Assembly: GCA_003482855.1 (NCBI GenBank)
Contig: DMXO01000003.1
Location: 16,275 to 80,274 of the forward strand
Reading direction: 5' to 3'
DNA from: Candidatus Magasanikiibacteriota bacterium
GTDB lineage: Bacteria; Patescibacteriota; Patescibacteriia; Magasanikbacterales; UBA922
Length of the DNA stretch: 64,000 nt
The notes below the pieces were generated by a model. It searched no databases and was not told the DNA's origin. It was given only the letters and a program-made list of their open reading frames with translations. Position numbers and translations under genes: made by a program. Each line of letters starts with the position of its first letter. Position 1 is the first letter of the stretch. This document shows positions 41,306 to 51,350 of the stretch, piece by piece.

Positions 41306-41334
41306 AAAAACACCCACTGTTAGTGGATGTTTTT
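41306..41334. terminator. terminator-like hairpin (aaaaacacccact-gtt-agtggatgttttt)
   Basis: Stem with one mismatch plus T-tract, at the 3' boundary of the GC-rich asparaginase island. Confidence 0.45.
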
Positions 41335-41347
41335 ATTCCATGTGTCC

Positions 41348-41423
41348 GTCTTGAACGGATTCAAGACCACCCTCGTTATGACTATAATTTTTTATAATAA
41401 TAACGAGTTGTCGGGTGGTCTTG
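41348..41423. repeat. strong nested hairpins at the asparaginase 3' boundary (tcttgaa-cgga-ttcaaga; caagaccaccc…gggtggtcttg)
   Basis: A 7-bp perfect stem and an 11-bp perfect inverted repeat enclosing a further inner repeat. Confidence 0.45.
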
Positions 41424-41455
41424 TGAAAAGAACGCCCTCCAACTCTATCTGCATA

Positions 41456-42523
41456 TCAGTCCTCCTCTTCCTCCTCATCCTCGAAGCCGATCAGCAGTTC
41501 GCCGACGATGTTCGTGGAGAGGAACATCTGGATCCGATCCGGGTGCTTGGGGTGCATGGCGATGGCCTGGCGGAACTTGATGTCCCCCATAGCCGGCGTG
41601 AGGCTCTCCAGCGAGAGCGCCCCGGCCGCCTTGGCCTTCGCACCGAGCTCGTACCGACTCAGGACGACGCGCCCGTCCTCGAACGGGGAGAGGATGCCCA
41701 CGTGGATGCCCGCGTCGGTCGCGGCCTTGATCGCGTCGATCCACGAGTAGTTGGCGTCCCCCATGTCCCACGGCCGATCCGGGATGTTGCCCGCGCCCTT
41801 GGCCTCAAGGATCACGCCCTTGATGCGACCAGCCTTGACCATATCCATCAGGACGTAGGGCGGGGTGTCAGCGGACACCATGAGCGACACTACGTGCTGC
41901 TCAAACTTGGTGTCGAGGCGGAGGCCCTGGACCGCGGCGACGGGGTCCTTGCGATGGACGCCGTCCATGATCATGATCTTCGGGAAGGCTTTGGCCACAG
42001 GGTGACGTCCGGGCGTGTGGAACGCCGCGAAGTCGGCCTCGTTGCGCTTGCGGACACGCGAGCCGTCGAGCACGTCGCCGAGGCAGACGCTGTAGACGCC
42101 CACGATGCCGTTCCGCAGGAAGGACTTGCCGACGCGCATGGTGTTCGCCACCTGCATGGCCACATCCGAGCCCGACTCCTCCTTGGTCATCTGCGCGCCG
42201 ATCACGAAGACCGGCTTCTGCAGCGACAGCTTGAAGAGCATGGCCAGGAACGCACAGGACTCCGCCAGGGAATCCGTGCCATGCAGGATGATGAACATCT
42301 CGTGGTCGTCGTAGGCCGCCGCGATCATCTGGCCCATCACGACCCGGTCGTTGTGCATGACGTTGGTCGAGTCCTGCCGTTGCGGGAAGTCCTCGAGCGT
42401 CAGCTCGATGCCCTTGGGGAGTACGATCCCCTCAAGCAGCTCGGCCGCGGACTTCGCGGGATGCAACGGATCCCCGACCATCCCCAGAGTTCCTCCCGTG
42501 TTAAGAACGTATGCTTTCTTCAT
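41456..42523 (-). CDS. ansA: L-asparaginase (type I / GatD-like asparaginase family), GC-rich
   Basis: TGGTLGM and HGTDSL signatures. Start set at the ATG preceded by GGAAGGAA; the ORF-track start is a TTG. G/C-dominated third positions. Confidence 0.8.
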   Translation of the reverse strand: MKKAYVLNTGGTLGMVGDPLHPAKSAAELLEGIVLPKGIELTLEDFPQRQDSTNVMHNDRVVMGQMIAAAYDDHEMFIILHGTDSLAESCAFLAMLFKLSLQKPVFVIGAQMTKEESGSDVAMQVANTMRVGKSFLRNGIVGVYSVCLGDVLDGSRVRKRNEADFAAFHTPGRHPVAKAFPKIMIMDGVHRKDPVAAVQGLRLDTKFEQHVVSLMVSADTPPYVLMDMVKAGRIKGVILEAKGAGNIPDRPWDMGDANYSWIDAIKAATDAGIHVGILSPFEDGRVVLSRYELGAKAKAAGALSLESLTPAMGDIKFRQAIAMHPKHPDRIQMFLSTNIVGELLIGFEDEEEEED

Positions 42524-42605
42524 CTTCGGTTCCTTCCACAATCAAAGGCTCTTCACCTCCACACTCCCACACTCGCGGGTGTGCGCTCGGTGTTATCGAC
42601 CCTCC

Positions 42606-42643
42606 AGCACACTGATTATCTAGTCAAAGATAAACAATGTGCT
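42606..42643. promoter_or_regulatory. imperfect 9-bp inverted repeat (agcacactg…caatgtgct) enclosing atctttgactagat, in the asparaginase 5' region
   Basis: Read directly. Candidate operator. Confidence 0.3.
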
Positions 42644-42755
42644 AAAGGGTTAAATTTTTTTGTAAAGAACTATTATTTAAAAAAAGTTTTAACCGCAAAA
42701 TATACCAGACATACAAAGAAAAACAATGACTAAACACCGACCTTGTCTAGAACAG

Positions 42756-43373
42756 CTAACCACTAAACATAATTTTCCGTATAAGTTCGCTAAGATTATG
42801 GTTGTGGATATTGTTGAAACGAAATTCCATTTCTTTGAAGTACAACAACACATATTTTTTATTGATCCCATTATATTTTTTTAATTTGGTTTTCACATAT
42901 GTCCAAAACATTTTTGTTTCATCAACTAAAATCTTATTCGTCAATTTCGTTTTGTACGGTTTGGTGTTATAATAGGTATGTCCATTCAAAATTAAAGCAT
43001 CATATATTTTAAAACTTTGTGTATCTCGCACATCAAATGGCACAATATGAGTACGCATGATCTGTTTTAATTTCAATGCTTCTATATCGTTTACTGCACC
43101 TGTAAAAATAGTATTATCGAGCTTGCAAATACCTATTATTGATACTAGTGATTCTATATTTTTTGTTAGATACACATACGGAAATTTCTTATCACACTCA
43201 CAGGCAATAGCAGTCCGAATGAAAAAATAAATACGATCTACGGTGTGACGATTTATTTTTATTATCTGACTCGCTTTGGACGCAGGAACTTCCAATACAA
43301 ACAAATCAATTATTTTTTCAATTTGTCTATTAGAAAGTTTGCTGTTCTTTATTAATCGATGTTTCATACACAC
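42756..43373 (-). CDS. IS1595-family(-like) transposase
   Basis: N-terminal LSNRQIEKIIDLFVLEVPASKASQIIKINRHTVDRIYFFIR resembles the IS1595/ISXO2-type HTH region, with a DDE-like ...VDET... segment. Adjacent to the GC-rich island. Confidence 0.45.
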   Translation of the reverse strand: MCMKHRLIKNSKLSNRQIEKIIDLFVLEVPASKASQIIKINRHTVDRIYFFIRTAIACECDKKFPYVYLTKNIESLVSIIGICKLDNTIFTGAVNDIEALKLKQIMRTHIVPFDVRDTQSFKIYDALILNGHTYYNTKPYKTKLTNKILVDETKMFWTYVKTKLKKYNGINKKYVLLYFKEMEFRFNNIHNHNLSELIRKIMFSG

Positions 43374-43410
43374 ACTATTCTTATTGTTCTATACAAGCCA
43401 CATACAGCCC

Positions 43411-43453
43411 ATAAGCAGATTAAGCTACAAAATTTAATTACTTAATCTGCTTA
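43411..43453. repeat. 13-bp perfect inverted repeat (taagcagattaag / cttaatctgctta) upstream of the transposase gene
   Basis: The same TTAATCTGCTTA unit recurs in tandem at 63414..63450. Confidence 0.45.
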
Positions 43454-43591
43454 CTTTGCTTATTCTGTTTATAGACTTGTATAGGACATGGATTATTGAT
43501 TGTGCGTGTACTTTATGTTAATCTCTATAGGGTGTTCAATGACACCCTTGGGTGAAGAATATCACCCCATATTTTTACTTAATTTTTCTCT

Positions 43592-44386
43592 ATGTACAGC
43601 GAATTATTGCAAGAACTAAATCTCTCACCTAACGAAGCAAAAATATACGAAGGCATGCTATCCACAGGAGAAACCAATGCTTCTATTATTGCACTGCGTT
43701 CAAATGTGCCAAGACGCAATGTATACGACGCATTAAACCGTTTAATCGAGAAAGGTTTGGTATACAAAATTGTTGGATCAGGAGAAAACTTATTTCAAGC
43801 GGTAAATCCAAACAAACTGCTCGACTTGCTTCATGAAAAAGAAAAATGGCTCAAAAGCAAATTGCCAGAGCTTCAAGATTTATACGCGACCGATCCCCCG
43901 CTCAAAGCCGCGTATATTTATAGCGGCGTAGAAGGATACAAAAATTACCACAATGATTTGTTGCGAATCTCACAAAAAGAAGAAGTGTATTTTTTAGGTG
44001 CAAAAGCATTGTGGAACAGTCCGCAGGTGAACAAAGCTTTTCGCACCAATTATTTGAAAGAATTTGAAAAAAGAAAAGTTCCCTACTACACGCTGTTTGA
44101 TCCGGGAGTTTTACGCGAACTTCCAGAAGTAGTACAAAATGCAAAAGGAGAATATAAAGTATTGCCTGATCAATACGCAACGCAAGGTTTGGTAGATATT
44201 TTTGGCGACTATGTGGTGACTTTTAGCGGCGTGCATGTAGGCAGATTTGATGATCACTTGAGAATTTTTATTATCATTGACAAAGACCTTGCCAATACCT
44301 ATCGCACATGGTTCAAAATGATTTGGGATCTGCTCCCTGGAAAATCTTGGACTGAAACGCAACAGACAGTACTTTTGAAAAAATGA
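43592..44386 (+). CDS. TrmB-family transcriptional regulator
   Basis: NLSPNEAKIYEGMLSTGETNASIIALRSNVPRRNVYDALNRLIEKGLV TrmB-type HTH. Confidence 0.75.
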   Translation: MYSELLQELNLSPNEAKIYEGMLSTGETNASIIALRSNVPRRNVYDALNRLIEKGLVYKIVGSGENLFQAVNPNKLLDLLHEKEKWLKSKLPELQDLYATDPPLKAAYIYSGVEGYKNYHNDLLRISQKEEVYFLGAKALWNSPQVNKAFRTNYLKEFEKRKVPYYTLFDPGVLRELPEVVQNAKGEYKVLPDQYATQGLVDIFGDYVVTFSGVHVGRFDDHLRIFIIIDKDLANTYRTWFKMIWDLLPGKSWTETQQTVLLKK

Positions 44387-44447
44387 TATCTTGCTATAAC
44401 AAAACACCCTGACAAAGGGTGTTTTTAGTATTTTAACATCAAATATC

Positions 44448-45788
44448 CTAATACACACCAAGATATCTCTCTCGTTCCCAATCTGTCACATGAATCCTAA
44501 ATTCATCCCATTCTCTCATTTTTATATCATGGTACTTTTTGTATGTCACCGCACCAAGCACATCTTTTACTACTTCATCTTTCGCAAGTGCATGTAACGA
44601 GCCATACAGGTCAGCAGATAATGTATCAATACCGCGATTCATCATCTCTTCAGTCGTGAATTCATATACGTTCTCTTCCACTGGAACCGGGGGCATCATT
44701 TCATTTTCTATACCATCGAGTCCCGCTGCAAGCATGACTGCAAAAGCAAGATATGGATTTGCAGAAGGATCTGGACAGCGGAGTTCTACACGAGTTGCTT
44801 TTGGTCGAGCAGGATTAATGCGTGGAACACGGATAAGTGCTGAACGATTGGTCTGACCCCAAGATAGATAGACAGGCGCTTCGTATCCTGCGACCAATCG
44901 CTTATATGAATTTACAAGTGGATTCAAAATAGCATTCATAGCTTTGATATGTTTGAGCTGTCCTGCAATGAAATTGCGAGCCAGTAGAGAAAGCCCATAC
45001 TCTGCCTGTGCATCATAAAATGCATTGTTTCCTCCAACAAAAATACTTTGATGCACATGCATACCTGAGCCATTGATTCCAAAAAATGGTTTTGGCATAA
45101 ACGTCGCGTGCAAACCATACTTTGCAGCAATCATTTTAAGTGTGTATTTGAATGTTGTTGCATTGTCTGCAGTCATGAGTGGATCACCGTATTTGAAATC
45201 TATCTCATGTTGGCCATCTGCAACCTCATGATGTAGGGCTTCAACCTCTATACCAAGCTCTTGCAACGCATTGGTCATCTCTTTTCTCACCTCAGTTGCA
45301 GCATCAATTGCTTGATCAAAATATCCAGCATTGTCATGTGGCAAGGGTACGATGTTTCCGTTATCTTTTTTAAGAAGAAAAAATTCTAATTCCGGACCAC
45401 AAAAATATTTGTATCCCAAGCTTTCTGCGCGGGCAATCTGTTGTTTTAAAATATAGCGTGGATCACTTTCATATGGTTCACCATTTGGTCTATATACATC
45501 ACAAAAAAGGCGAGCTGTCACATTAATACCCTCTTTGGTCCATGGAAGTAGGGCGAATGTTGAGAGATCTAATTTCAAATACATATCACTTTCAAATATA
45601 CGCGCAAAACCTTCAATCGAAGATCCATCAAACCACACATTTCCATCTATTCCCTCTTCTAGTTTTTCAACAGGAATAGTCACTGCTTTTAGTTGACCGA
45701 GCAAATCGGTAAACTGCAGATCAACAAATTTGACTCTTTCTTTCTCGCATAGCGAGAGTATCTCCTCCTTGGTGTATGCTTGAGACAT
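44448..45788 (-). CDS. glnA: glutamine synthetase, type I
   Basis: 446 aa. GS beta-grasp N-terminal domain and catalytic domain motifs. Confidence 0.9.
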   Translation of the reverse strand: MSQAYTKEEILSLCEKERVKFVDLQFTDLLGQLKAVTIPVEKLEEGIDGNVWFDGSSIEGFARIFESDMYLKLDLSTFALLPWTKEGINVTARLFCDVYRPNGEPYESDPRYILKQQIARAESLGYKYFCGPELEFFLLKKDNGNIVPLPHDNAGYFDQAIDAATEVRKEMTNALQELGIEVEALHHEVADGQHEIDFKYGDPLMTADNATTFKYTLKMIAAKYGLHATFMPKPFFGINGSGMHVHQSIFVGGNNAFYDAQAEYGLSLLARNFIAGQLKHIKAMNAILNPLVNSYKRLVAGYEAPVYLSWGQTNRSALIRVPRINPARPKATRVELRCPDPSANPYLAFAVMLAAGLDGIENEMMPPVPVEENVYEFTTEEMMNRGIDTLSADLYGSLHALAKDEVVKDVLGAVTYKKYHDIKMREWDEFRIHVTDWERERYLGVY

Positions 45789-45830
45789 AGCGGGTTAAAT
45801 TAATAATTAATTAATAATTAATTAATAAAA

Positions 45831-46463
45831 TTAAATAATTTGTATACATAATCTAATTGCAAAGAATATAAGCAGGCTAGACATAGCAAGATAAAAAACG
45901 TTTGTTAACCATTGTATCTTTAATTTGAAAACAAAAAAACCTAACAACATAACAAATATGAAACAAGCTAATGCGCCTATCATCAAAAATAGAGAACTAA
46001 CTATAACTTGCGACATCGAAAATGTTTTAATTGCAAATAAAGTACCTGCCACACCTATAAAATATAAAATTGTTGGCGGGTGCAATGACACAAGTAACAT
46101 ACCATTCCAAAATGTTTTTTTATCCACTAATTTTATTATTTTCTTATCCTTTTTTATCGCAACTGTTAGACCATTCACCCCTAACAATAACATATAGCCC
46201 ACACCTGCCAGACCTAATAATAATTTTAACCAAGCAATGTTTACAATAAATTGTATTATTCCAACATATGCTAACATCAAAAACAAGCCATCCATACAGG
46301 AAGCTCCCAAAGCCAATACCAAGCTCTCCCTTATCCTCCCTATTACAGAGCTTTGTAAAACGGTAGTCTGCACCGCTCCAGGCAAAGCCGCAGCAGTAAA
46401 ACCTATAACAAATGCATCTAAGAAAATCATATTCCAAAATTTACTAATCGTAAATTGTTTCAA
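45831..46463 (-). CDS. LysE-type translocator-like membrane protein
   Basis: Six TM segments. AALPGAVQTTVL near the N-terminus. Confidence 0.45.
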   Translation of the reverse strand: MKQFTISKFWNMIFLDAFVIGFTAAALPGAVQTTVLQSSVIGRIRESLVLALGASCMDGLFLMLAYVGIIQFIVNIAWLKLLLGLAGVGYMLLLGVNGLTVAIKKDKKIIKLVDKKTFWNGMLLVSLHPPTILYFIGVAGTLFAIKTFSMSQVIVSSLFLMIGALACFIFVMLLGFFVFKLKIQWLTNVFYLAMSSLLIFFAIRLCIQII

Positions 46464-46488
46464 AATTCAAAATCTAAAATTATTCTAG

Positions 46489-46560
46489 CTCCCCCGGTAG
46501 GACTCGAACCTACAACATCTGCATTAACAGTGCAGTGTTCTACCATTGAACTACAGGGGA
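46489..46560 (-). tRNA. tRNA-Asn (anticodon GTT)
   Basis: Manual cloverleaf: acceptor TCCCCTG/CGGGGGA, D-arm GTTC/GAAC, anticodon stem CTGCA/TGCAG with loop CTGTTAA, T-arm GTAGG-TTCGAGT-CCTAC. CCA not encoded. Confidence 0.85.
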
Positions 46561-46569
46561 ATAACGTCA

Positions 46570-46591
46570 AACCCGCCGGTGACGGCGGGTT
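46570..46591. other. GC-rich 9-bp hairpin (aacccgccg-gtga-cggcgggtt) immediately 5' of the tRNA on the minus strand
   Basis: Read directly. Possible terminator for the upstream glycoside-hydrolase gene or a processing element. Confidence 0.35.
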
Positions 46592-46749
46592 GTGTGTAGA
46601 TTGATTGTTGTTGAAACTACTCAACAAAAAGACACATTCCGCCGGTCGGTCTGTTATTATTGTTATTATTGTTCACGAATATGTATTTCATAACTAGAGT
46701 AGTGTAACACACTATTAAAACTCTGCAAATGATTTATCCACAACGAACA

Positions 46750-49700
46750 TTACTTGGTAAATTTCATATACGTAATAGAATAACCAGGGAACGTATAACT
46801 AAACTGCTGTGAAGCTGGGATAGCCTTAACTTGGTAATCAATATCATTGTGTGTCTCCGTAAGCGATGAAGCATCAAGCTGATATACTTCCCCTTGTGCT
46901 TGTGGCGCAAATCCATTTAACTGGAGTGTGTAATCATGATTTTCTGTGTCACGATTCAATACAGCAACATACAAGGTATTTCCATCTGCAGACAAACTAC
47001 TTACTGCGGTAACCCTTGGTGCTTGTTTAGTAGTTACTGCGTCATGACCCATAAATTTTTCATAACTTACAGGAAGCATTTTCCCATCCCACGCAAAGTA
47101 TCGTGCAAATGCCTGGAATGTATCCCCATTCAAATTTTGTTTAGGAACCCAGTTATAATCTCCTACCAAACCATTCACAAATCCTTCACCTGGTGTAGCA
47201 CTATTCCAGAAGAATAATGACCCGCCGTGAATTCCCTGCTCCAACATATACGCAAGTTCTGACCATGCATACGCCGCATCGAGGAATTTGTCAGTCTGTT
47301 TGTTTTTGAAGTCATTCAAAATACTATTGAACTCATCTACAAAGTACGTCACTTGTTGCCCGGGCAAATATCTTTCTGCCAACTGTTTGTTTGAAGTATA
47401 CCGTGTCTGACCTTCCCAATACGGACCTGCCATGGTTGAAAGCGGATATTGGTTAACACGATCTTGATTGTAGTAATCATAATAATGGTGAATCGCAAGG
47501 CCTGAAACCAAACTGCCCTTGCCACGTGAAGTAATTTGTTGTAATACTCTTTCAAAATTAAACTGTGAAGATGACTGTGCTGGTAGAATACATTTCAAAT
47601 CAGCTTTAACTTGATGGATAGAGTCACAAAGATCAACAAATCTATTTGCAAATCCTACTTCATTACCCGTGTACTCTTGATAATATGGCTCATTACCTAA
47701 TTCTACATAATGAATGTCATAGGGAGCCAAACGACCACGACTCGCACGTAGGTTTGCATAGTTGTATTGTGCGACGTCCAAAGGCCACCCCGCTTGCTTT
47801 AGTTCTTCAACTTTTTGATTGTAATCTGCGTCTGGTGTTCCAACCATATACTCAATCATGGCAGTAAGACCTTCTACACTATACAAATCTTTGAAAAACC
47901 CAGTCCATGTGTTTGTCTGTGACCCGTACGCTGTTTCCTTGGGGCTTGGAAGCTGCAAAAGTAGTTCAGCATTCATTTTCTCTGCCATCTGGCCATAATC
48001 ATCAAGTGTCATGAGATTACTATCAAAACTCCATGCATAAATGACATCTGAATTGAATAAAGAGGTGGAATTTTGATTCACTGGATTTATTGAATTCAAA
48101 CCTGCGTACGTAGTACGAAGCTGCAACTCGTCAATTTTAAATTTATACGAATCCTGGCGCTGCGATTCTGCATTGAGTTCATACGTAGCAATGGTACCAA
48201 ATTTAATCCCCGTTTTTTTACCTTCGGATGAGATATCCAAATTATCCAATGTAAGTTCTGCCATGAGTTGCCCATCAACCCAGACTTTTGATATATTGTC
48301 AGTCAATATTTCAATGCTATACCATCTATCAAAAACAACAGGCTGAGGTAAAACAAATGTTTTATTATATGCTGTACCAATCTGAATCTCAAACGTACGA
48401 TCAGGTCTTAGCATCATGCGGAATTGAGATGAATCTGCAATTACCGCTTTATTATTTACACTGTACGGAATATCAGATGAAAGTTTAAAATCAAAACGAG
48501 TATACCTATTATGATCAGGAAATTGCATTCCTGTATTTTGTCCTTGTACATACAGTGTATTGACTTGGGTCGTGGACCCAGATTTCTTTGTATAACTGAT
48601 TGAATGTCGATTAAATTCATCAGCATACGTTGGTGAATGATCAAACCATTCTGCCTCATAATAATTTTGTGATTGTTCTCCACTGGGATACTGAACATAT
48701 AAATCTTTTACTGGGCGTTGGATGCCCCATGTATAGGTATTCACTGGCTGTGCATTGTCGTACTGTGGGATCATGGGATTATAAAGTCCATCTGTCATGC
48801 GGCCAAAACCTTGTCCATACATCCAGTAATTTTTGTGAACTCCGGTATCCCACATGTGCATGCGCCACAAGGGACGATTGATATTATTCCCTGATGGCTG
48901 TGCATTGCCACCAAGTTCAGTAAATACATTATAATTATAATCCCACACGCGATCATTCATTGAGTTGCCACCCAAAACTCCACGGTCAACATAGGGGACT
49001 TTGGTCCCTGTTGCATCAATGACCATTGCATTTGCCGGAGTTGGTGTGGGAGTGGGAGTGGGAGTTGGTGTCGGCGTAGGAGAAGTCGTTGTTCGTGTCA
49101 TCCGTAAATTAGTAATCTTTACATCCATGGTTGTAGAACCAGGTACTAGATATTGTATGAAAAAATGAGAAATCTGTGCAGGGTTGAAACTTGAAGCCGA
49201 TAGATTACTTAAAGGTATGGAAATCGCTTGTGGATTTCCATTTAGCATACCTGCAGGAAGACGAATAACTGCCGAGGTATTTAACCAACCGCTAAAAAGG
49301 TACAGATTAACAGTAATCCCATCAATATTAACTTGTTGGGCGTTTAGCCGATCTCGTGTTGCCGTACTGAGATCACTCTCTAAAGAAAATTCTAATGTGT
49401 CATACCCAGCAATACTAAAGGTAGGATCAAAATCATACTGCATACGTTCATCACCCCATGCATTTACAAAATGCATACCTGTTGCATCTGGTGTCGGTTG
49501 CGTACCACTCAGATTAATGCGTGAAGGTGTAGGAAAATTCATTGTCTCGACAACCGGCGTTGGAGCTGGGGTAGGAGTTGGCGCTGGTGCCGGAGTCGGA
49601 CTTGGTGTTGGAGCTGGTTCTGGTGTGGGAGTAGGAGCCGGTGCTGGTGTAGGCTCAGGAGCAGGAGTGGGGGTAGGTGAAGGTGCAGGATCTTGAGGTA

Positions 49701-49977
49701 CACTACAACCTGCAATTTTTTTGACTTGCAATCGTCTATTTGTCAAACAAGTAAACTGATTCGTGTAAGCTCCATTTGAAATGCAACCATTTTGCATCGA
49801 AAGTTGTTTGCCAAAAATAACAAGGGACACACCATTTGATGTTTGTGTACATTGGTTGACACTAAAATTGTATGTCTGAACTACATCCCCATCTGCAGCG
49901 CGTGCAAAACTAGGTATTGCAATTGCCACAAATACCAAAACAAATACTTGAATTAAAAAACGTGATAGCTTCTTCAT
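46750..49977 (-). CDS. large secreted glycoside-hydrolase-like protein (clan GH-A TIM-barrel with YVELGNEP motif) with Pro/Thr-rich linkers
   Basis: Signal peptide, PTPTPAPEPTP… and (TP)n linkers, ELGNEP catalytic-acid motif. 1075 aa. Confidence 0.5.
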   Translation of the reverse strand: MKKLSRFLIQVFVLVFVAIAIPSFARAADGDVVQTYNFSVNQCTQTSNGVSLVIFGKQLSMQNGCISNGAYTNQFTCLTNRRLQVKKIAGCSVPQDPAPSPTPTPAPEPTPAPAPTPTPEPAPTPSPTPAPAPTPTPAPTPVVETMNFPTPSRINLSGTQPTPDATGMHFVNAWGDERMQYDFDPTFSIAGYDTLEFSLESDLSTATRDRLNAQQVNIDGITVNLYLFSGWLNTSAVIRLPAGMLNGNPQAISIPLSNLSASSFNPAQISHFFIQYLVPGSTTMDVKITNLRMTRTTTSPTPTPTPTPTPTPTPANAMVIDATGTKVPYVDRGVLGGNSMNDRVWDYNYNVFTELGGNAQPSGNNINRPLWRMHMWDTGVHKNYWMYGQGFGRMTDGLYNPMIPQYDNAQPVNTYTWGIQRPVKDLYVQYPSGEQSQNYYEAEWFDHSPTYADEFNRHSISYTKKSGSTTQVNTLYVQGQNTGMQFPDHNRYTRFDFKLSSDIPYSVNNKAVIADSSQFRMMLRPDRTFEIQIGTAYNKTFVLPQPVVFDRWYSIEILTDNISKVWVDGQLMAELTLDNLDISSEGKKTGIKFGTIATYELNAESQRQDSYKFKIDELQLRTTYAGLNSINPVNQNSTSLFNSDVIYAWSFDSNLMTLDDYGQMAEKMNAELLLQLPSPKETAYGSQTNTWTGFFKDLYSVEGLTAMIEYMVGTPDADYNQKVEELKQAGWPLDVAQYNYANLRASRGRLAPYDIHYVELGNEPYYQEYTGNEVGFANRFVDLCDSIHQVKADLKCILPAQSSSQFNFERVLQQITSRGKGSLVSGLAIHHYYDYYNQDRVNQYPLSTMAGPYWEGQTRYTSNKQLAERYLPGQQVTYFVDEFNSILNDFKNKQTDKFLDAAYAWSELAYMLEQGIHGGSLFFWNSATPGEGFVNGLVGDYNWVPKQNLNGDTFQAFARYFAWDGKMLPVSYEKFMGHDAVTTKQAPRVTAVSSLSADGNTLYVAVLNRDTENHDYTLQLNGFAPQAQGEVYQLDASSLTETHNDIDYQVKAIPASQQFSYTFPGYSITYMKFTK

Positions 49978-50248
49978 ACTTATATTAGTTAAAATTAACG
50001 TACTGGACAGGATTTTAAAATTAAAAAAACCCAGCCTCTGGGTTTAAAACGTTGAAAATATAATTGTAAAACACATGCCCCCATACTATGTATATTACGT
50101 TGGCGCAATTCTATCAAACACAAAAAAATGCGTCAATGGAGCAAAATACTATACCTTTTTTGTATGTAATTATCAAAATGCTCAACACACATAAAAACCG
50201 ATGGTACACATCGGCTTTATCTATCCACAAGTTGAGTGCGCTTGGTTG

Positions 50249-51232
50249 TCAACGAACTCCTATCATCTTTCGCACTTCTTCCATTGTTTGTGATGCAACT
50301 TTCTGAGCTTTGCTCGCACCTTCACTAAGTATTTCTCCAAGTTCATTATGATTATCAAGTAATTCCATTCGGCGTGTTCTAAAATCTGCAAAATAAGTTG
50401 AAATTGATTCGCCTAAAACTTTTTTCAAATCACCGTACCTTATAGTTCCGTCTTTTTCTGCTTTTACAAATTCTTTATAAATTGTTTCGTTGCCAAATTG
50501 TTTCAACAACAATAATAAATTAGCAACTCCTGGTGCTTCTCCGCCACCTTCGGTTGCAGTCACCGCTTTTTTCAATTTCTTTTCAATAACTCCTGATTCA
50601 TCTGCAAGCTCTATTACATGATCAGCACCCAAACTCTTGCTCATCTTTTTATGCGGTTCAACCAAACTCATAACTTTGGGGATTTGGGTAAGCAAGTGTT
50701 TTGTTTCTGGAAAATATTCTTGGTAGCGTTTATTAAACCAACGAGCAACATCTCGCGTCAATTCAACATGCTGAATCTGGTCTTGTCCAACAGGCACTAC
50801 TTCACCATGATAAAGTAAGATGTCCGCAGCTTGGAGAGCTGGGTACGTGAGCAAACCGGCATTAATATTTTTTGCTTGCTGTAAAGATTTATCCTTATAC
50901 TGTGTCATGCGTTCAAGCTCGGAAATAGGGGTCACGCTATTAAACACCCACGCCAACTCTGTGTGTTCTAGCACATGAGACTGAACCCAAAAAACTGTTT
51001 TCTCTGGATCAATGCCCGCGGCAAGAAGTTCTGCGGCCGTACGCGTAATTTGTGCGCGACGATCTTCAGGCTTCATGTTGCCTGTAAGTGAATGATAGTC
51101 TGCAATAAAAATATACATCTGATATTTACCAGAATTTTGGAGTTCTACCCAATTTTTTACTGCACCCAAATAATTACCAATATGGAGATTGCCAGTTGGT
51201 TGGATGCCTGAAACAATAATTGGTTTAGACAT
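50249..51232 (-). CDS. trpS: tryptophan--tRNA ligase
   Basis: HIGN class-I motif and KMSKS. Confidence 0.9.
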   Translation of the reverse strand: MSKPIIVSGIQPTGNLHIGNYLGAVKNWVELQNSGKYQMYIFIADYHSLTGNMKPEDRRAQITRTAAELLAAGIDPEKTVFWVQSHVLEHTELAWVFNSVTPISELERMTQYKDKSLQQAKNINAGLLTYPALQAADILLYHGEVVPVGQDQIQHVELTRDVARWFNKRYQEYFPETKHLLTQIPKVMSLVEPHKKMSKSLGADHVIELADESGVIEKKLKKAVTATEGGGEAPGVANLLLLLKQFGNETIYKEFVKAEKDGTIRYGDLKKVLGESISTYFADFRTRRMELLDNHNELGEILSEGASKAQKVASQTMEEVRKMIGVR

Positions 51233-51235
51233 AAA

Positions 51236-51313
51236 AACATTGATTACACTGATTTAACATTGATTACACAGATTATTCAGCGTAATCCTGACTAATCTGT
51301 GTAATCAATGTTA
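51236..51313. repeat. repeat element immediately upstream of trpS with a perfect 20-bp inverted repeat (aacattgattacacagatta / taatctgtgtaatcaatgtt) and an extra tandem half-copy
   Basis: Same family as 24706..24757 upstream of nusA. Confidence 0.55.
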
Positions 51314-51350
51314 ATTTTAGCTCTAAACCATCTAAAAAACAAGAGACGGA

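Noticed and set aside
41327-42733. 468-aa plus-strand ORF, and small GC-rich ORFs 41475..41771, 41971..42165, 42105..42314 and 42351..42623
   Set aside because: They are antisense to or overlap the asparaginase gene, which has clear family motifs. They are high-GC frame artefacts.
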